A DNA stretch of 63,810 bases, filler included, from Octopus bimaculoides (GCF_001194135.2; 5 parts of 5 records of this genome joined end to end with filler, not necessarily neighbours in it), one strand, 5' to 3'; shown: positions 40,820 through 55,282, counted from the first letter of the whole stretch. Made by a program: numbers and translations. Notes: a model not told the origin generated them from the letters alone.

Positions 40820-41505
40820 TTGTTGTTGCATTCGCCTTTAGTGCTCTGTTGTTATTGTCGACTGTGTTGCTATTTTTTATTGTTTTTGTCGCTATTTCTG
40901 TTGCTATTGTCATAGTTGTCGTTGTCTCTGTTGCTATTATTGTTGGTGTTGTTGCTAGGATTATTGGTGTTGTTGTTGTTGTTGTTGTTGCTAGGATTGT
41001 TGGTGCTATTGCTGTTGTTGCTGTTATTGTTTTTGTTGCTATTGTCTTTGCCGTTGCTGTTGCTATTATCGGTTTCGTTGGTGTTGCAAATGTTGTTGTT
41101 GCTGCTGCTGCTTTGGCTACTGTTGTTGGTGGTTTTGTTACTGTTGTTGTTATTATTACTTTTATTGTTGTTGCTATTGTTTTATCATTTTTGCTGCTGT
41201 TGCTATTTTTTCTGTTGCTATTGTCATAGTTGTCGTTGTGTCTGTTGCTATTATTGTTGTTGTTGTTGTTACTGTTAGGATTATCGGTGCTACTGTTGTT
41301 GTAGCTGTGGCTACTGTTGTTGGTGGTTTTGTTACTGTTGTTTCTGTTGCTACTGTGGTTGCTAATGCTGTTCCTGTTAGTAATTCTGTTGCTGTTGTGG
41401 CTATTATTGTTTTCGTTGATATTGCAAATGTTGTTGTTGTGGCTATTGTTGTTTTTGTTGTTATTATTGTTGTTGCTATTGTTTTTACTATTTTTGTTGT
41501 TGTTT
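40820..41505. repeat. Compound (GTT/GCT/ATT)n low-complexity tract with internal duplication
   Basis: ctgttgctattgtcatagttgtcgttgt.tctgttgctattattgttg recurs at about 40898 and 41213. Confidence 0.85.
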
Positions 41506-42850
41506 GACAGTCAAGGCAGCTCTTTATAGAGCAGACCAGCATGAAAGATGTTCCAGCCATTACGACCAGGGTTCTATTATACCTAAAGCATTCTGTATCT
41601 CCATATAAACGTTCGCACGTAAATCTATGAATGATATGAAGCAAGTCCCCTGGACACTACAGCTTTGAGCCCCAGGATTCCTATGGCCGTATACCCGGGT
41701 TCCATGGCGTGTAAGTGACCAAGGTCGCAATATCCCCCTCCACGAACGGGACGCCAGTCCGGCGCAAGGTTATTTAATTACAGATAGAATAAGCTGGAAC
41801 AACATGGAATTAAGTGTTTTGCTCAAGAACTCAACATACTGCTCAATCGAGAAATCGGAACCACACTCATATGATCATGTTTGCGTCACCATAACAACTA
41901 AGCCAAGCACCTTCACAATATGAAGGAGACTTGCTTAGTATTTCTAGCAAGAAATCACGAGCTAGAACAGCGGTTCTCAGCCGCTGCTTCCAGGGTCGTA
42001 TGCAGCCCTCAAGCATCCTTCAGGCGGCCCTCAACGGTCTTCTCTTGATAAATATAATTTTTTCTTTAATTGATTCGTGGTTTACGTTTCGGGTGTGACC
42101 CCCTAAAAAATCCAGATTTTGGATCTGACCCGGATATTAAAAAGTTAAGAACCGCTAGGCTAAAAGCTTCCTCGTTGTTTCTATAAATACTGTCGCTTTT
42201 GATGTTATTATTGTTGTTACTGTAATACTGGGTGGGTCCCTTTTAAATTCATTTAGTTGAAAGACTTAAAATGAAGTGGGACGTTAACCATATGTAAAAA
42301 TGTCCTTAACGACACAAAACCAATAATCTTACGAGCTCTGACGAGCCGTCTAGGCGGCCATGTTAGATTGAGATACAAAGGACAGGAGAATAGCTTGGTT
42401 ACAGTCAGTTGCACGCCTCATGCAATGCTTTGTACACCATGTCACACTTCATTAGCAGAGTGATCAAGTGTAATACCAGTTGCCTATTATAAAACCTTGC
42501 ACACACTCCTACACAAACACATACATATATACTCTCTCTCTCTCTCACACACATACACACATACACATACACTCACACAAACATACATACATATATATAC
42601 GTATAATCGTACATATACCCACACACATATATATGCATTCATACATATAATTTCTTTTCTCTCTCCATTTTTCCCTTCTCCTGTTTTCTTTACTCCTTCA
42701 GTTCTGTAGAAGAGCGTGTGTTCGAAACGTCAAAGACTTCTAGTTTTCCTCACCATCAAACAAATACAATCTGTTTATTGTTCCCTCACCCGTCTGTCTT
42801 TTTTTCTTTTTCTTCTTTGTTTTTTTACAATCTTGAACAATATGTATACA

Positions 42851-43067
42851 CAAGGGAGTGATGAAAAGTCCTGATTTTGGGTAAAAGAAAATACAAGTGG
42901 ATCAGTTAGTTATGATTTTATTCAACGTATTCCCTTCTCAGATTCACACACTTATAGCAACGGTCCTTCAGTTTTTCTAAGCCCCGCAAAAGAACTCGGA
43001 AGTTTGGGGCTACAGGCAAGCCTTTCACGATACTCTTAAAGTCAGGTACTTTTCAGCATCCCCCTTG
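42851..43067 (-). mobile_element. Mariner-derived miniature element with both TIRs
   Basis: caagggagtgatgaaaagtcctg and caggtacttttcagcatcccccttg|ta. Interior minus strand EKLKDRCYKCVNLRREYVE* is a mariner C-terminus. Confidence 0.75.
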
Positions 43068-43087
43068 TATATACATACATACATACA

Positions 43088-43123
<36 letters not shown>

Positions 43124-46100
43124 TATANNNNNNNNNNNNNNNNNNNNNNNNNNNNNNNNNNNNNNNNNNNNNNNNNNNNNNNNNNNNNNNNNNNNNNNNN
43201 NNNNNNNNNNNNNNNNNNNNNNNNNNNNNNNNNNNNNNNNNNNNNNNNNNNNNNNNNNNNNNNNNNNNNNNNNNNNNNNNNNNNNNNNNNNNNNNNNNNN
43301 NNNNNNNNNNNNNNNNNNNNNNNNNNNNNNNNNNNNNNNNNNNNNNNNNNNNNNNNNNNNNNNNNNNNNNNNNNNNNNNNNNNNNNNNNNNNNNNNNNNN
43401 NNNNNNNNNNNNNNNNNNNNNNNNNNNNNNNNNNNNNNNNNNNNNNNNNNNNNNNNNNNNNNNNNNNNNNNNNNNNNNNNNNNNNNNNNNNNNNNNNNNN
43501 NNNNNNNNNNNNNNNNNNNNNNNNNNNNNNNNNNNNNNNNTATATATATATACATAAGAATATACATACATACATATATACATAAATGCATGCATACATA
43601 CATGCATGCAAACACACACACACACACATACATACATATGCATGCATTTATGTATATATGTATGTATACTCTTATGTATACACCGTTACTCGATAAAAGG
43701 ATCGTGAGTTCAATATATACATATGTATGTATGCATGTATATGAGTATGAATACTCTTATGTGTACACGGTGACTCGATAGGTTCAATTCTGGCGTCAGA
43801 CAGCGCGTTTTGTACTTCAGCAAGGCACCCTATTTCACGTTACTCGTGGCTATTCAACTGAACAGGAGTTCGAACCGAGTACTGTATCTCTCTCTTCTTT
43901 AATCTGTCATATCCTTAATGATTTACTTGGCTCAGAGTGGGAGAATCGGGAGGAGATGTATATATATATATCAGCTTGCAACTACACACGTTACTAAGCC
44001 TAATTCAAGAGAAGTGGTTACTACAGATGGAAGCTTATCCAGGAATATGGTGAAGAAGGAAGAACTATCTGAATTACAATTTTGTGTTATCTTAGCATCG
44101 ATAAAGGGGGAGGAGACCAAAATTCCTAAACATTTTCGGGTGGTGCTGACATTGTCTTTGAGAACAATAATCGGCAACTAACACCGCCACCACAACCACC
44201 ACCACCACCACAACAACAACAACAACAACAACCATTACCACCATCATCGCCACCACTACCAATATAATCAACACTACCACCATTACCTCCGTCATCATCA
44301 TCACCACCACCACCACCAACAACAACAACAACCAAGGCTTATTTCTGGTGGCCATTAAAGTTTATATTTCAAATGATACACAAGCTTTTGTATTGCGAAA
44401 ACGTTTGACGTTTCAGTTTAAACACGAATCTCAGAAAGAATCATAAAGACACTTGGTTATGTAAGCAAACATTCATGCAGTGACCTTGACAAAGGTCAAG
44501 GATTAGTGGCTTTTTAACACAGATAGAAGAAGAGATATCGCCCAACCGAATTTTTCAAATTCACTCTAAGAATACTGAGGTGGTTGAACTATGCAAATAT
44601 CTAGCATGTGGTCTGCAATTATCTACGGTTGTCTGAAACTAACAAAAGAAACTTGTCTCATAAAGAGCAGAGCATCTCGGGTTTTCGTCAATACACTTAA
44701 CTGATAGAGCTCTTTATACAATTAGAGCAGAATGAATACACTTCTGTATGTATATATGTATGTATATATACNNNNNNNNNNNNNNNNNNNNNNNNNNNNN
44801 NNNNNNNNNNNNNNNNNNNNNNNNNNNNNNNNNNNNNNNNNNNNNNNNNNNNNNNNNNNNNNNNNNNNNNNNNNNNNNNNNNNNNNNNNNNNNNNNNNNN
44901 NNNNNNNNNNNNNNNNNNNNNNNNNNNNNNNNNNNNNNNNNNNNNNNNNNNNNNNNNNNNNNNNNNNNNNNNNNNNNNNNNNNNNNNNNNNNNNNNNNNN
45001 NNNNNNNNNNNNNNNNNNNNNNNNNNNNNNNNNNNNNNNNNNNNNNNNNNNNNNNNNNNNNNNNNNNNNNNNNNNNNNNNNNNNNNNNNNNNNNNNNNNN
45101 NNNNNNNNNNNNNNNNNNNNNNNNNNNNNNNNNNNNNNNNNNNNNNNNNNNNNNNNNNNNNNNNNNNNNNNNNNNNNNNNNNNNNNNNNNNNNNNNNNNN
45201 NNNNNNNNNNNNNNNNNNNNNNNNNNNNNNNNNNNNNNNNNNNNNNNNNNNNNNNNNNNNNNNNNNNNNNNNNNNNNNNNNNNNNNNNNNNNNNNNNNNN
45301 NNNNNNNNNNNNNNNNNNNNNNNNNNNNNNNNNNNNNNNNNNNNNNNNNNNNNNNNNNNNNNNNNNNNNNNNNNNNNNNNNNNNNNNNNNNNNNNNNNNN
45401 NNNNNNNNNNNNNNNNNNNNNNNNNNNNNNNNNNNNNNNNNNNNNNNNNNNNNNNNNNNNNNNNNNNNNNNNNNNNNNNNNNNNNNNNNNNNNNNNNNNN
45501 NNNNNNNNNNNNNNNNNNNNNNNNNNNNNNNNNNNNNNNNNNNNNNNNNNNNNNNNNNNNNNNNNNNNNNNNNNNNNNNNNNNNNNNNNNNNNNNNNNNN
45601 NNNNNNNNNNNNNNNNNNNNNNNNNNNNNNNNNNNNNNNNNNNNNNNNNNNNNNNNNNNNNNNNNNNNNNNNNNNNNNNNNNNNNNNNNNNNNNNNNNNN
45701 NNNNNNNNNNNNNNNNNNNNNNNNNNNNNNNNNNNNNAAACATAAAGAACGACCCTTCATCAGTTGTTGGCTGTTTTTCTAGTCTCGTATTTCGAGCATT
45801 TAACAACAATATACGCCTTCAATAAAACAGTTGCTCCCGCAAAGCAAATTAAATAAAATTTGGGATTTTTCGGAGGGTCAAAATAGGTATGACAAACAGG
45901 ACAGCGAAAACAAATAGGAAGGGCTGCTAAGCCTAAACGCGGTTGTGGTAGCGAACGCCTAAATCATGCTAGGACAGGAGACAAACAAGAACACGTCTTT
46001 CTTGTTCCAGCTACAACGGAGAGAAACAAAGAAAGATGGTCGATGGTCACGTGGGAGCAAACAAACATACACAGAGACACATATACACACATATACACAC

Positions 46101-46965
46101 GCACATACGCATACACAACACGAACATACATACACATACACGAACACACATACACACACGCACATACACATACACAAACACCTATGTATCTTTGAATCTT
46201 TCTATCAAACTTTCCATCTATTATCACCCTCTCCCCCTCTCCCTCCCCTCTCTCTTTATCTATCTATCTATCTATCTATATATATATATATATATANNNN
46301 NNNNNNNNNNNNNNNNNNNNNNNNNNNNNNNNNNNNNNNNNNNNNNNNNNNNNNNNNNNNNNNNNNNNNNNNNNNNNNNNNNNNNNNNNNNNNNNNNNNN
46401 NNNNNNNNNNNNNNNNNNNNNNNNNNNNNNNNNNNNNNNNNNNNNNNNNNNNNNNNNNNNNNNNNNNNNNNNNNNNNNNNNNNNNNNNNNNNNNNNNNNN
46501 NNNNNNNNNNNNNNNNNNNNNNNNNNNNNNNNNNNNNNNNNNNNNNNNNNNNNNNNNNNNNNNNNNNNNNNNNNNNNNNNNNNNNNNNNNNNNNNNNNNN
46601 NNNNNNNNNNNNNNNNNNNNNNNNNNNNNNNNNNNNNNNNNNNNNNNNNNNNNNNNNNNNNNNNNNNNNNNNNNNNNNNNNNNNNNNNNNNNNNNNNNNN
46701 NNNNNNNNNNNNNNNNNNNNNNNNNNNNNNNNNNNNNNNNNNNNNNNNNNNNNNNNNNNNNNNNNNNTATTCTTCTTCCCACTTGGATTTTAAATGTTGC
46801 CACAATTATAATATGTCTATTCTACGGTAATTTTTCTACATTTTTGTGCAGCTGAAGATTGCTCTACATACTGCATTTAATGTAATGCTCGCATTACTTA
46901 AATAAATGGAGTAGCATGAAACGTGCGTACTGCAGTCATCTTTAAAATCCGTGTTGCATATTTTG

Positions 46966-47009
<44 letters not shown>

Positions 47010-47299
47010 CTCCCTCTCTCTCTCTCTCTCTCTCATACACACACAAATATTAAGTTGGAAAGCAAGTCTTGTCGCATTTAAAATGGGAAAGAAAGAAATG
47101 CTTCTTTGCTCTTAATTGATACATTTAATCAGATTAATCTTTCTCCTCGTTATTGATAACACAATCCTATTTATCTGGCGAATTGTTCCTCCCTCGGGCG
47201 TAAAAATTCGTTACGTTTCGGAGCAAAGAAACACTCTGTAATATTGTTTAACCTCTTCTCAATTAATAAACTGTGTTGCTTTCTAAATGCTATGGCAAT

Positions 47300-48120
47300 G
47301 ATCTGAAAAGATGCTGGTCAGATGAAGCGCGGTCGGGAGAGTAAGGAGGATGAGGTAAAATTTCCATGTTTAATGTCATAATCTTTCCCTGAATGACTTC
47401 AGCAATACGTGGTCCTATTATCGTGTAAGAGCAACACCTTTTTATCATTGACAAATGTTAGGGGATATTTTAGCAAATTTTTGTGCAATGCTTCCAACTG
47501 ACAACAATACATCTCTGCATTAACTGTTTCTCTTGCTTTATTTAACATTTCGTGATAAACAGCGTCTTTCACATCAGATCCACCACAGAGCATAACTTAG
47601 TTTGTGATGGTGTAGTCCTCCGTATGGTATGGATTCTCCTTATTCATTGAATGTTGAACATTTCCTTGACTATGATCGTAACGAACCCACTTATCATAAT
47701 CTTCATGGTTCTACCCAGGATATTGTTCGGTAGCAAATTTATTATTTAATGGCTACAGGAGGGCAGATATTTGAAACTGAGACGCAGTCAGATGATGTGG
47801 GACCCATTGGTCAAGTTTAAGCACTTTTCTAAGTTCATGAAGGTATTTTATGATAGAAATATGACTTGAATTGAACTATTTTGTTACTTCTTGTGTACTC
47901 TGCCTTTAGATTTTCCTTCATAACGGCTTTCAAAAGCTCAATATTGACAAAAATCGCCCGTCCAGATCGAGGGTAATTTGTATAAAGATTTGCCAAGCGA
48001 AACCGCCCATAACAATCTTAGCATATCCAGACACTTAACGCTTCGATACAACGAATATTTCTTGTTCTTTGCTTGGCTGAAAAGCACCGTTTGAATTCAT
48101 ACGGCAGCAGTATCTGCTTT
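47300..48120 (-). mobile_element. Decayed mariner transposase
   Basis: KVLKLDQWVPHHL, VMLCGG..VYHEML, TVNAEMYCCQL, VLLLHDN motifs with stops and frameshifts. Confidence 0.85.
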
Positions 48121-48408
48121 GAGTTTAAAATAAAAATCATTTTATTAATAGAAGGGTAAAATCGATACAAATTTAACCACTACAGTTAAAGAGGGCTGAA
48201 ATGAAAGAAGAAAACTATTAGATAAATGTTTATTTTACAGTAAGTATTTAAAAAGTACTCTCCAAGTGATCAGGTCAAAAATGCAACAAGGCTTCCTTTC
48301 TCTTCTTTATGTGTGTGAGTGTGTATGTGTGTACACAGAGACGTACACGCTCACACATACACGAGTGCACACACACACACACACACACATACACATACAC
48401 ACACACAC

Positions 48409-48466
<58 letters not shown>

Positions 48467-48490
48467 GCTCACTTCCATATATATACGCGC

Positions 48491-48528
<38 letters not shown>

Positions 48529-49211
48529 GTGGGGGGCATTTCATTTATGAATAAATACAGATGTAAGTGCATCTATACATAGATGTATGAGTACGTATAT
48601 ATATATATGTATATACACATATGTATATATATTGTATGCGTATACAAATATAAATATACCTACTTACAAGCATACATCAGACACATACACACACATGTAT
48701 GTATGGATGGATGGATGTGTGTATGTATGAATCTGTGTATGCGTCTGTGTCTATGTGTGTATGTGCGTGCGTGCGTGTGTGTGTGCGTGCGTGCGTACGT
48801 GTGTGTGTGTGTGTGTACGTGTGTGTGCGCGTGTGTGTGTGTGTGTAAGCGCGAGGCTAACAATGGCTGCAATGTAACATTGACCACATTCTTCATTCTA
48901 TTTCCAGATATAATGATATTTACTTAAGAAATCGCTGTTATTTTAATTTATTTTCAATTTTTTCTCTATTTCTATCGGTAACAGAACCGCTTTCTCCTCC
49001 CCATCTCTCTCTCGGTTTATCTATCTGTCTCTATTGAGTACAAACACAGACGTGCTACTCGACATACGTACACATACATATATTACATATACTCATACAC
49101 ACACGCACACTCGTACATAAACGCACACACACACATACACACACACATACATATACATACATATCATACATATATATACATACATATATCTACATATATA
49201 TATACATACAT

Positions 49212-49258
<47 letters not shown>

Positions 49259-49702
49259 NNNNNNNNNNNNNNNNNNNNNNNNNNNNNNNNNNNNNNNNNN
49301 NNNNNNNNNNNNNNNNNNNNNNNNNNNNNNNNNNNNNNNNNNNNNNNNNNNNNNNNNNNNNNNNNNNNNNNNNNNNNNNNNNNNNNNNNNNNNNNNNNNN
49401 NNNNNNNNNNNNNNNNNNNNNNNNNNNNNNNNNNNNNNNNNNNNNNNNNNNNNNNNNNNNNNNNNNNNNNNNNNNNNNNNNNNNNNNNNNNNNNNNNNNN
49501 NNNNNNNNNNNNNNNNNNNNNNNNNNNNNNNNNNNNNNNNNNNNNNNNNNNNNNNNNNNNNNNNNNNNNNNNNNNNNNNNNNNNNNNNNNNNNNNNNNNN
49601 NNNNNNNNNNNNNNNNNNNNNNNNNNNNNNNNNNNNNNNGCTCAAACACATGTACACACACATACATATACAGATAGATAGATAGATAGATACATACATA
49701 CA

Positions 49703-49737
<35 letters not shown>

Positions 49738-50219
49738 GAATGTATGTATGTATGTATGTATATATCCACGTACAGACTCGCATTCAATAATTAAGCCCGT
49801 GTTTACGTATTTAAAAAAAGCAGTGAAATTTATATACAATGAATACAAGCATACACTTATATACATTTGAACACTTTTAAACACACTCACATACACGCAC
49901 AAACGCACACGCACCCCCTCTCACACACGCGCGCGCGCGTGCGCAAACACATACATACTTGAGGTTTCTTTCAGTTTCCGTCAAACAAATCCACTCACAT
50001 GGCTTTGGTCGGCCCGAGGCTATAGAAGAAGGCAACTGACAAGGTGCCACGCAGTGGGACTGAACCATTCGGCTAGAAGCAAACTTCTTACCATTCAACC
50101 GCACCTGTTGGGGTTCCATATGTAACATAATCACTTTACTAAACACATTAATTCCTTGTACATCAGTAAATGCCAATTCTTTAGTTTCGCTTAGTTTTAA
50201 GATACATCTCACCGATGCT

Positions 50220-50490
50220 TTCGGGTACATCATCAGTGATGTTTCTTAGATCTCAAGGGGGCTTCGGGTCTTTCAACATCAGACCTTCTCATCCAGTTGA
50301 TCCATCCGGCCTTGGTCAAGTCTCAACTTGCACCCCAATAGCAACAAACTCATGTTCTGCCCTTTCTGTCCAAAGCTACCTAGTGGCCTTCTCTGCAGCT
50401 TCCGTGATGGAATTTATTGCCTTTCTCTTTGCTGCACCAGTATCTCCAAGTTCAGTCAATGGCTTGCAGAATGAACACCCCACAAATGCC
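50220..50490 (-). mobile_element. HERO-like non-LTR element 3' end
   Basis: KRKAINSITEAAEKATR*LW, followed by a UTR containing ctgatgttgaaagacccgaa and catcactgatgatgt, as recalled for HERO elements. Confidence 0.65.
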
Positions 50491-50534
50491 CAGCATTACA
50501 CTTTATATTTTAAGAAACTTAACTCTCCAGAAAT

Positions 50535-50620
<86 letters not shown>

Positions 50621-50749
50621 ATTACTTGCTTATGATAGTCCATCAAAGGTGAGGACAGCATCAATCCAAATTCCTCCTCCTTCGTCTCCAGCCCATTGTT
50701 TCTCATGGGAGCGGACGTGGTTGGCAAGGCTGATATGAGATAGGCAGAT

Positions 50750-51090
50750 TAGGTGGCACTAAGGGTACAGAAAGTGACCCTGAACAACAGCTGCACTGGG
50801 TTGATGACGACGTCTCCACCTCTCTCTGTGCAGTCTCCTGCGTTCGGTTTCAAAGAAGCTTCACTCCAGCGTCCCAATACGGACCTCCATTTCTTCCAAC
50901 TAATAACCAGAGCCTCCAACCAATTGAGAGAGTGACACCGCATAAAATGAGAGGTCGCCGGAGATGATCATGAAAACGAAGTCTTTCTCCCGTCTCGATC
51001 TCACCGACGAGGACCATCTTTAGGAGCTGTTTACCTGGCATCTGAATCATATGGCCCACCCAGCGGAGAAAACGACGTAGGATTCTGGCG
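50750..51090 (-). mobile_element. RTE LINE RT C-terminal relic
   Basis: [26 protein letters not shown]...[10 protein letters not shown]. Confidence 0.8.
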
Positions 51091-51161
51091 TCAGTGCTGT
51101 AAACACACATATTTACACATATATACGTATATATATACATGTATATGTACATATGTCTATT

Positions 51162-51227
<66 letters not shown>

Positions 51228-51248
51228 AATATATATATGCATAGTATG

Positions 51249-51281
<33 letters not shown>

Positions 51282-51607
51282 ATAGGTGTGTGTGTGTGTA
51301 AGTGCATGGATGTATTAACGCACACGCGAACAGATGCAGCTGTGAATTTGTTTGTGCCGTCCATATTTTTTCCTCATTATTAAACAACGTTTTAACTGCA
51401 GTCTAAAAGCAGTTTTCCTCAGTTTAGCTGCGCCTGTTTTAATTCTGAATCCAAGTGCTTTGTAAACACATCTACAACAGCATACATGTCCTTATACATA
51501 CATACATACATACATACATACATACATACATACATAGTTTATATATAGACATACATATATCTTTGTGTGGGAGGGGTGGCTGTGGGTTTGTGATAGTAAC
51601 TAGACTA

Positions 51608-51641
<34 letters not shown>

Positions 51642-52693
51642 CCTACGTTAATGTGTTTTGTACAAATACGTGTTTTTGTTTGCTGCTATTGAAATTGTAA
51701 ATTTCGTTTTCCGGAAGAAACGGAAATCTTTTATTTTTATTTTTGTTCCCCCACCCCACTCCTCATCTTCCTCTTCCTTACCTCCCTTCTTTCATCTCCT
51801 TTCTTCTCTCTTCCTCTTCTTGTTTCATCTTCAGNNNNNNNNNNNNNNNNNNNNNNNNNNNNNNNNNNNNNNNNNNNNNNNNNNNNNNNNNNNNNNNNNN
51901 NNNNNNNNNNNNNNNNNNNNNNNNNNNNNNNNNNNNNNNNNNNNNNNNNNNNNNNNNNNNNNNNNNNNNNNNNNNNNNNNNNNNNNNNNNNNNNNNNNNN
52001 NNNNNNNNNNNNNNNNNNNNNNNNNNNNNNNNNNNNNNNNNNNNNNNNNNNNNNNNNNNNNNNNNNNNNNNNNNNNNNNNNNNNNNNNNNNNNNNNNNNN
52101 NNNNNNNNNNNNNNNNNNNNNNNNNNNNNNNNNNNNNNNNNNNNNNNNNNNNNNNNNNNNNNNNNNNNNNNNNNNNNNNNNNNNNNNNNNNNNNNNNNNN
52201 NNNNNNNNNNNNNNNNNNNNNNNNNNNNNNNNNNNNNNNNNNNNNNNNNNNNNNNNNNNNNNNNNNNNNNNNNNNNNNNNNNNNNNNNNNNNNNNNNNNN
52301 NNNNATATATATATATATATACATATATACGACGGGCTTTTTTCAGTTTCCGTCTACCAGATCCACTCACAAGGCTTTGGTCGGCCCATGACTTTAGTAG
52401 AAGACACTTGCCCAAGGTGTCACGCAGTGGGAATGAACCCGGAACCGTGTGGTTGGTAAGCAAACTACTTACCACGCAGTCACTCCTGCATATGCATATT
52501 ATAAACATATCTATACATACACTGTCGTTTTGAGTACATTTACACACATAAAAAAAACGCATACACATGTGCGTGCACACACACACACACACACACTCAC
52601 ACATATGCACACTCATAAAAACTACATAGGCACACACACTTAAATAAGTATTCCGGCATTAATTTTGCACGTTTTTGTTTCATGTCTTTCCAG

Positions 52694-52824
52694 GTTCATC
52701 CCATACGATTGGTCACCTTGCAGTGTCACGTGTGGAACTGGCGTCAAAACGAGGCGTGTTCCATGCAAAATATTTTTACAATTTCTGAACGAAGTCACTG
52801 AGGTTCCACACAAAGAATGTATTG
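52694..52824 (+). CDS. ADAMTSL: ADAMTS-like internal exon, TSP1 repeat diagnostic for the ADAMTSL1/3-MADD-4 group
   Basis: gtctttccag|G acceptor (phase 2), G|gtaagt donor (phase 1). Encodes FIPYDWSPCSVTCGTGVKTRRVPCKIFLQFLNEVTEVPHKECI(G), aligning with recalled ADAMTSL1 FIPEAWSACTVTCGVGTQVRIVRCQVLLSFSQSVADLPIDECEG. Confidence 0.92.
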
Positions 52825-53004
52825 GTAAGTGAATTGGAATTACTGTACTCATATTTTCCGGAATACATATATTTTTCCGACAAAAATTTACTTACCAAAA
52901 ACAAGGTCTGTCGTCTTATACACCAAGACGACTTTAGAAGACCAAAAATTCCGTGTAGAATGCATTTTTACCTACACTGTGTTACGAACGAGTAATAATA
53001 ATAA

Positions 53005-53081
<77 letters not shown>

Positions 53082-54172
53082 TATCCATATATATATACCA
53101 TTCTGTATAACTTACTTAATGTGGATATACTGAAGAATTCCACAAAATTGCGGTATTCGTCTCGAGAAAACATCTCGTATAGACGTATAGCGTTTTGCAA
53201 CACCCGTTATTTGCTAATCTCTGTTTTTCTGTTGGGGCAAAATTTTTCTAACCATGCGGTTCATGGTAAATATTTGCTGATGATGATACGCAAAGACGCA
53301 GAAATGTAGAGTTAGTAATTCCACTTCCACTGCTGGCCGCATTTCATCTGCTACTAATAAGCGTCTGGCAGAGTCGATAGCTCTCCAGACAAAGTGCTTA
53401 GCGGCATTTCTTCCGACTAACTACGTTCTGCGTTCGAATACCACCGGAGTCAGTTTGCCTTCGTTTCTTTCGGGGACGATTCGATAAAATAGCATTGCAA
53501 CTTAACCACATACGCGCACACACGTGCATACAGAAGGCGCAAACGCACACGTATTCATGCACGCGCGCGCGTACACACACATACATGCACACACACATGC
53601 ACACACGCATATACACACACAAACAAACGGTACACACGCAGATAATGTACGCAGCTGACTTATACACTCGCCACAGGTACACACGTGCAGGTACCAAGCA
53701 TCCACATGTACGCACTCATACAGCTGGTACATACACACGCACTGACGTCCTCGCCGGCCATAGATCCGTTCGCGCAAGTCACTTTCAAAGATCAGTCAAA
53801 CAGCGAAATGCACCAGCTTACCTTTTTAATGCATTTCGATTCCTCTTCTAATAACACCATGCGACTCCGCCTTGAACAAGAGCAGTCCAGTTTCCAGTAG
53901 CAATCTTGGACTTCTTGTACCTCTCCATTCAGCTACCCGTGTCTGACGAACTAGGCTTCTGTAAGTAGTTTACGAAACTAATTCGCCTGGGGAAAACGAG
54001 ACTATTAACCACACAGTCGTGCATATATGTTCGCCGCGTGTATACGTACATACATACATACATATATATAGATATACTTTCGCTTGTATGATGAATATGA
54101 TATCGACATAATATTTATCGAGTCCCTCGTGTTCTTTTTTCCTTGTGCTTCTTTCACTCTCCCTCCCTCTTT

Positions 54173-54217
<45 letters not shown>

Positions 54218-54261
54218 NNNNNNNNNNNNNNNNNNNNNNNNNNNNNNNNNNNNNNNNNNNN

Positions 54262-54273
54262 TTAATTAATTAA
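54262..54273. other. Artificial scaffolding linker TTAATTAATTAA
   Basis: Same N-linker-N structure. Confidence 0.9.
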
Positions 54274-55282
54274 NNNNNNNNNNNNNNNNNNNNNNNNNNN
54301 NNNNNNNNNNNNNNNNNGAAGCGGTGGAGGGTCAAACACACAAACGTACACATCATGTATATATATATATTCCGAGCTTCCACACAGTTTCCGTTTACCA
54401 AATTATTCCCTCACAAGGCATTGGTCGACCCTGGAGTTAAAACAGGAAAACACTTGCCTAATGTGCCGTGCCATGAGACTATAACCAAAACCACAGATCG
54501 CAAAGCGAGCTTCTTGACCACACAGCCACACATGCGCCTAAGTTTTCTTAGTTTACTTGGTTTTTTTTTTTTTTTTTTGGTGCATTAGAATAATTTTCGA
54601 CTCTATTCTCCAAGAACACCTCAAAAGTGTTCTTAACCATTTGCCTATCCTGTATATCATACGTGTTAAAAAGCTCATACTCGGGTCATATAAATTCACG
54701 AGGGCCGCTTTCCCGATTTTTGCGGAGTATATACTCCTCCCCTGGATGGAACGCCAGTCCATCGCAGAGTAACTCATTTCACCAACTGCGTGAACTGAAA
54801 TAATGTGAAAAGAAGTGTTTTGCTTAAGAACACGAGTTGCCCGACCCAGAATCTTCGGATCATGAGTCCAGCACCCCTAACCACCCTAACCACACGCCTC
54901 CGTATTGTTACACAGCACATATTTCCCTGGCATCCGGGCATCGTATCTGTTACACATTCTTATTGTCTTTCTCAACCAGCGGAGTAACTTTCCACTTAGG
55001 AAGGGAAAGCTTTATGTTACTCACAACGTACGAAAGAAGGGTTAATTAAAAGAGTCTGAAGACAAGTAAGGGGCGATTAGGGCAAACACAGGCAACCCTT
55101 CGGTTCTAGTATACGGCGTCAGTTACCGTGTTTTTCGGCCTAGTATGTGTGGGCGAATGACGTCGTCTACTAATACCGAAAGATTGTCAAAACTAACGAA
55201 AATGCTTTGGACAGACAAAGGATTAAGTGTAAAAAAAAACAAACAAACAATAATAAATAAAATAAATGAGGAAATGACTTAC

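Noticed and set aside
40798-41644. Long hydrophobic (+) and mucin-like Thr-rich (-) ORFs
   Set aside because: Products of a trinucleotide low-complexity tract, open in several frames, with no splice or domain support.
43971-44177. Minus ORF TTRKCLGILVSSP...NCNSDSS, vaguely like Notum TGILSS...YCSSD
   Set aside because: Spacing is wrong, the conserved W, P and Y residues are absent, and there are no convincing splice sites.
45739-45860. Minus-strand CTGATGAAGGG next to a gap, hammerhead-like core
   Set aside because: Stem II partner and GAAA would fall in the N gap, so it cannot be assessed.
53821-53960. Minus-strand YKKSKIATGNWTALVQGGVAWCY, resembling Notum exon 2 (WLLFLEGGWYC), with a nearby gtaagc donor
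   Set aside because: An in-frame TAG follows, the only phase-compatible acceptor lacks a pyrimidine tract, and identity is low. Worth one RNA-seq look but not supportable.
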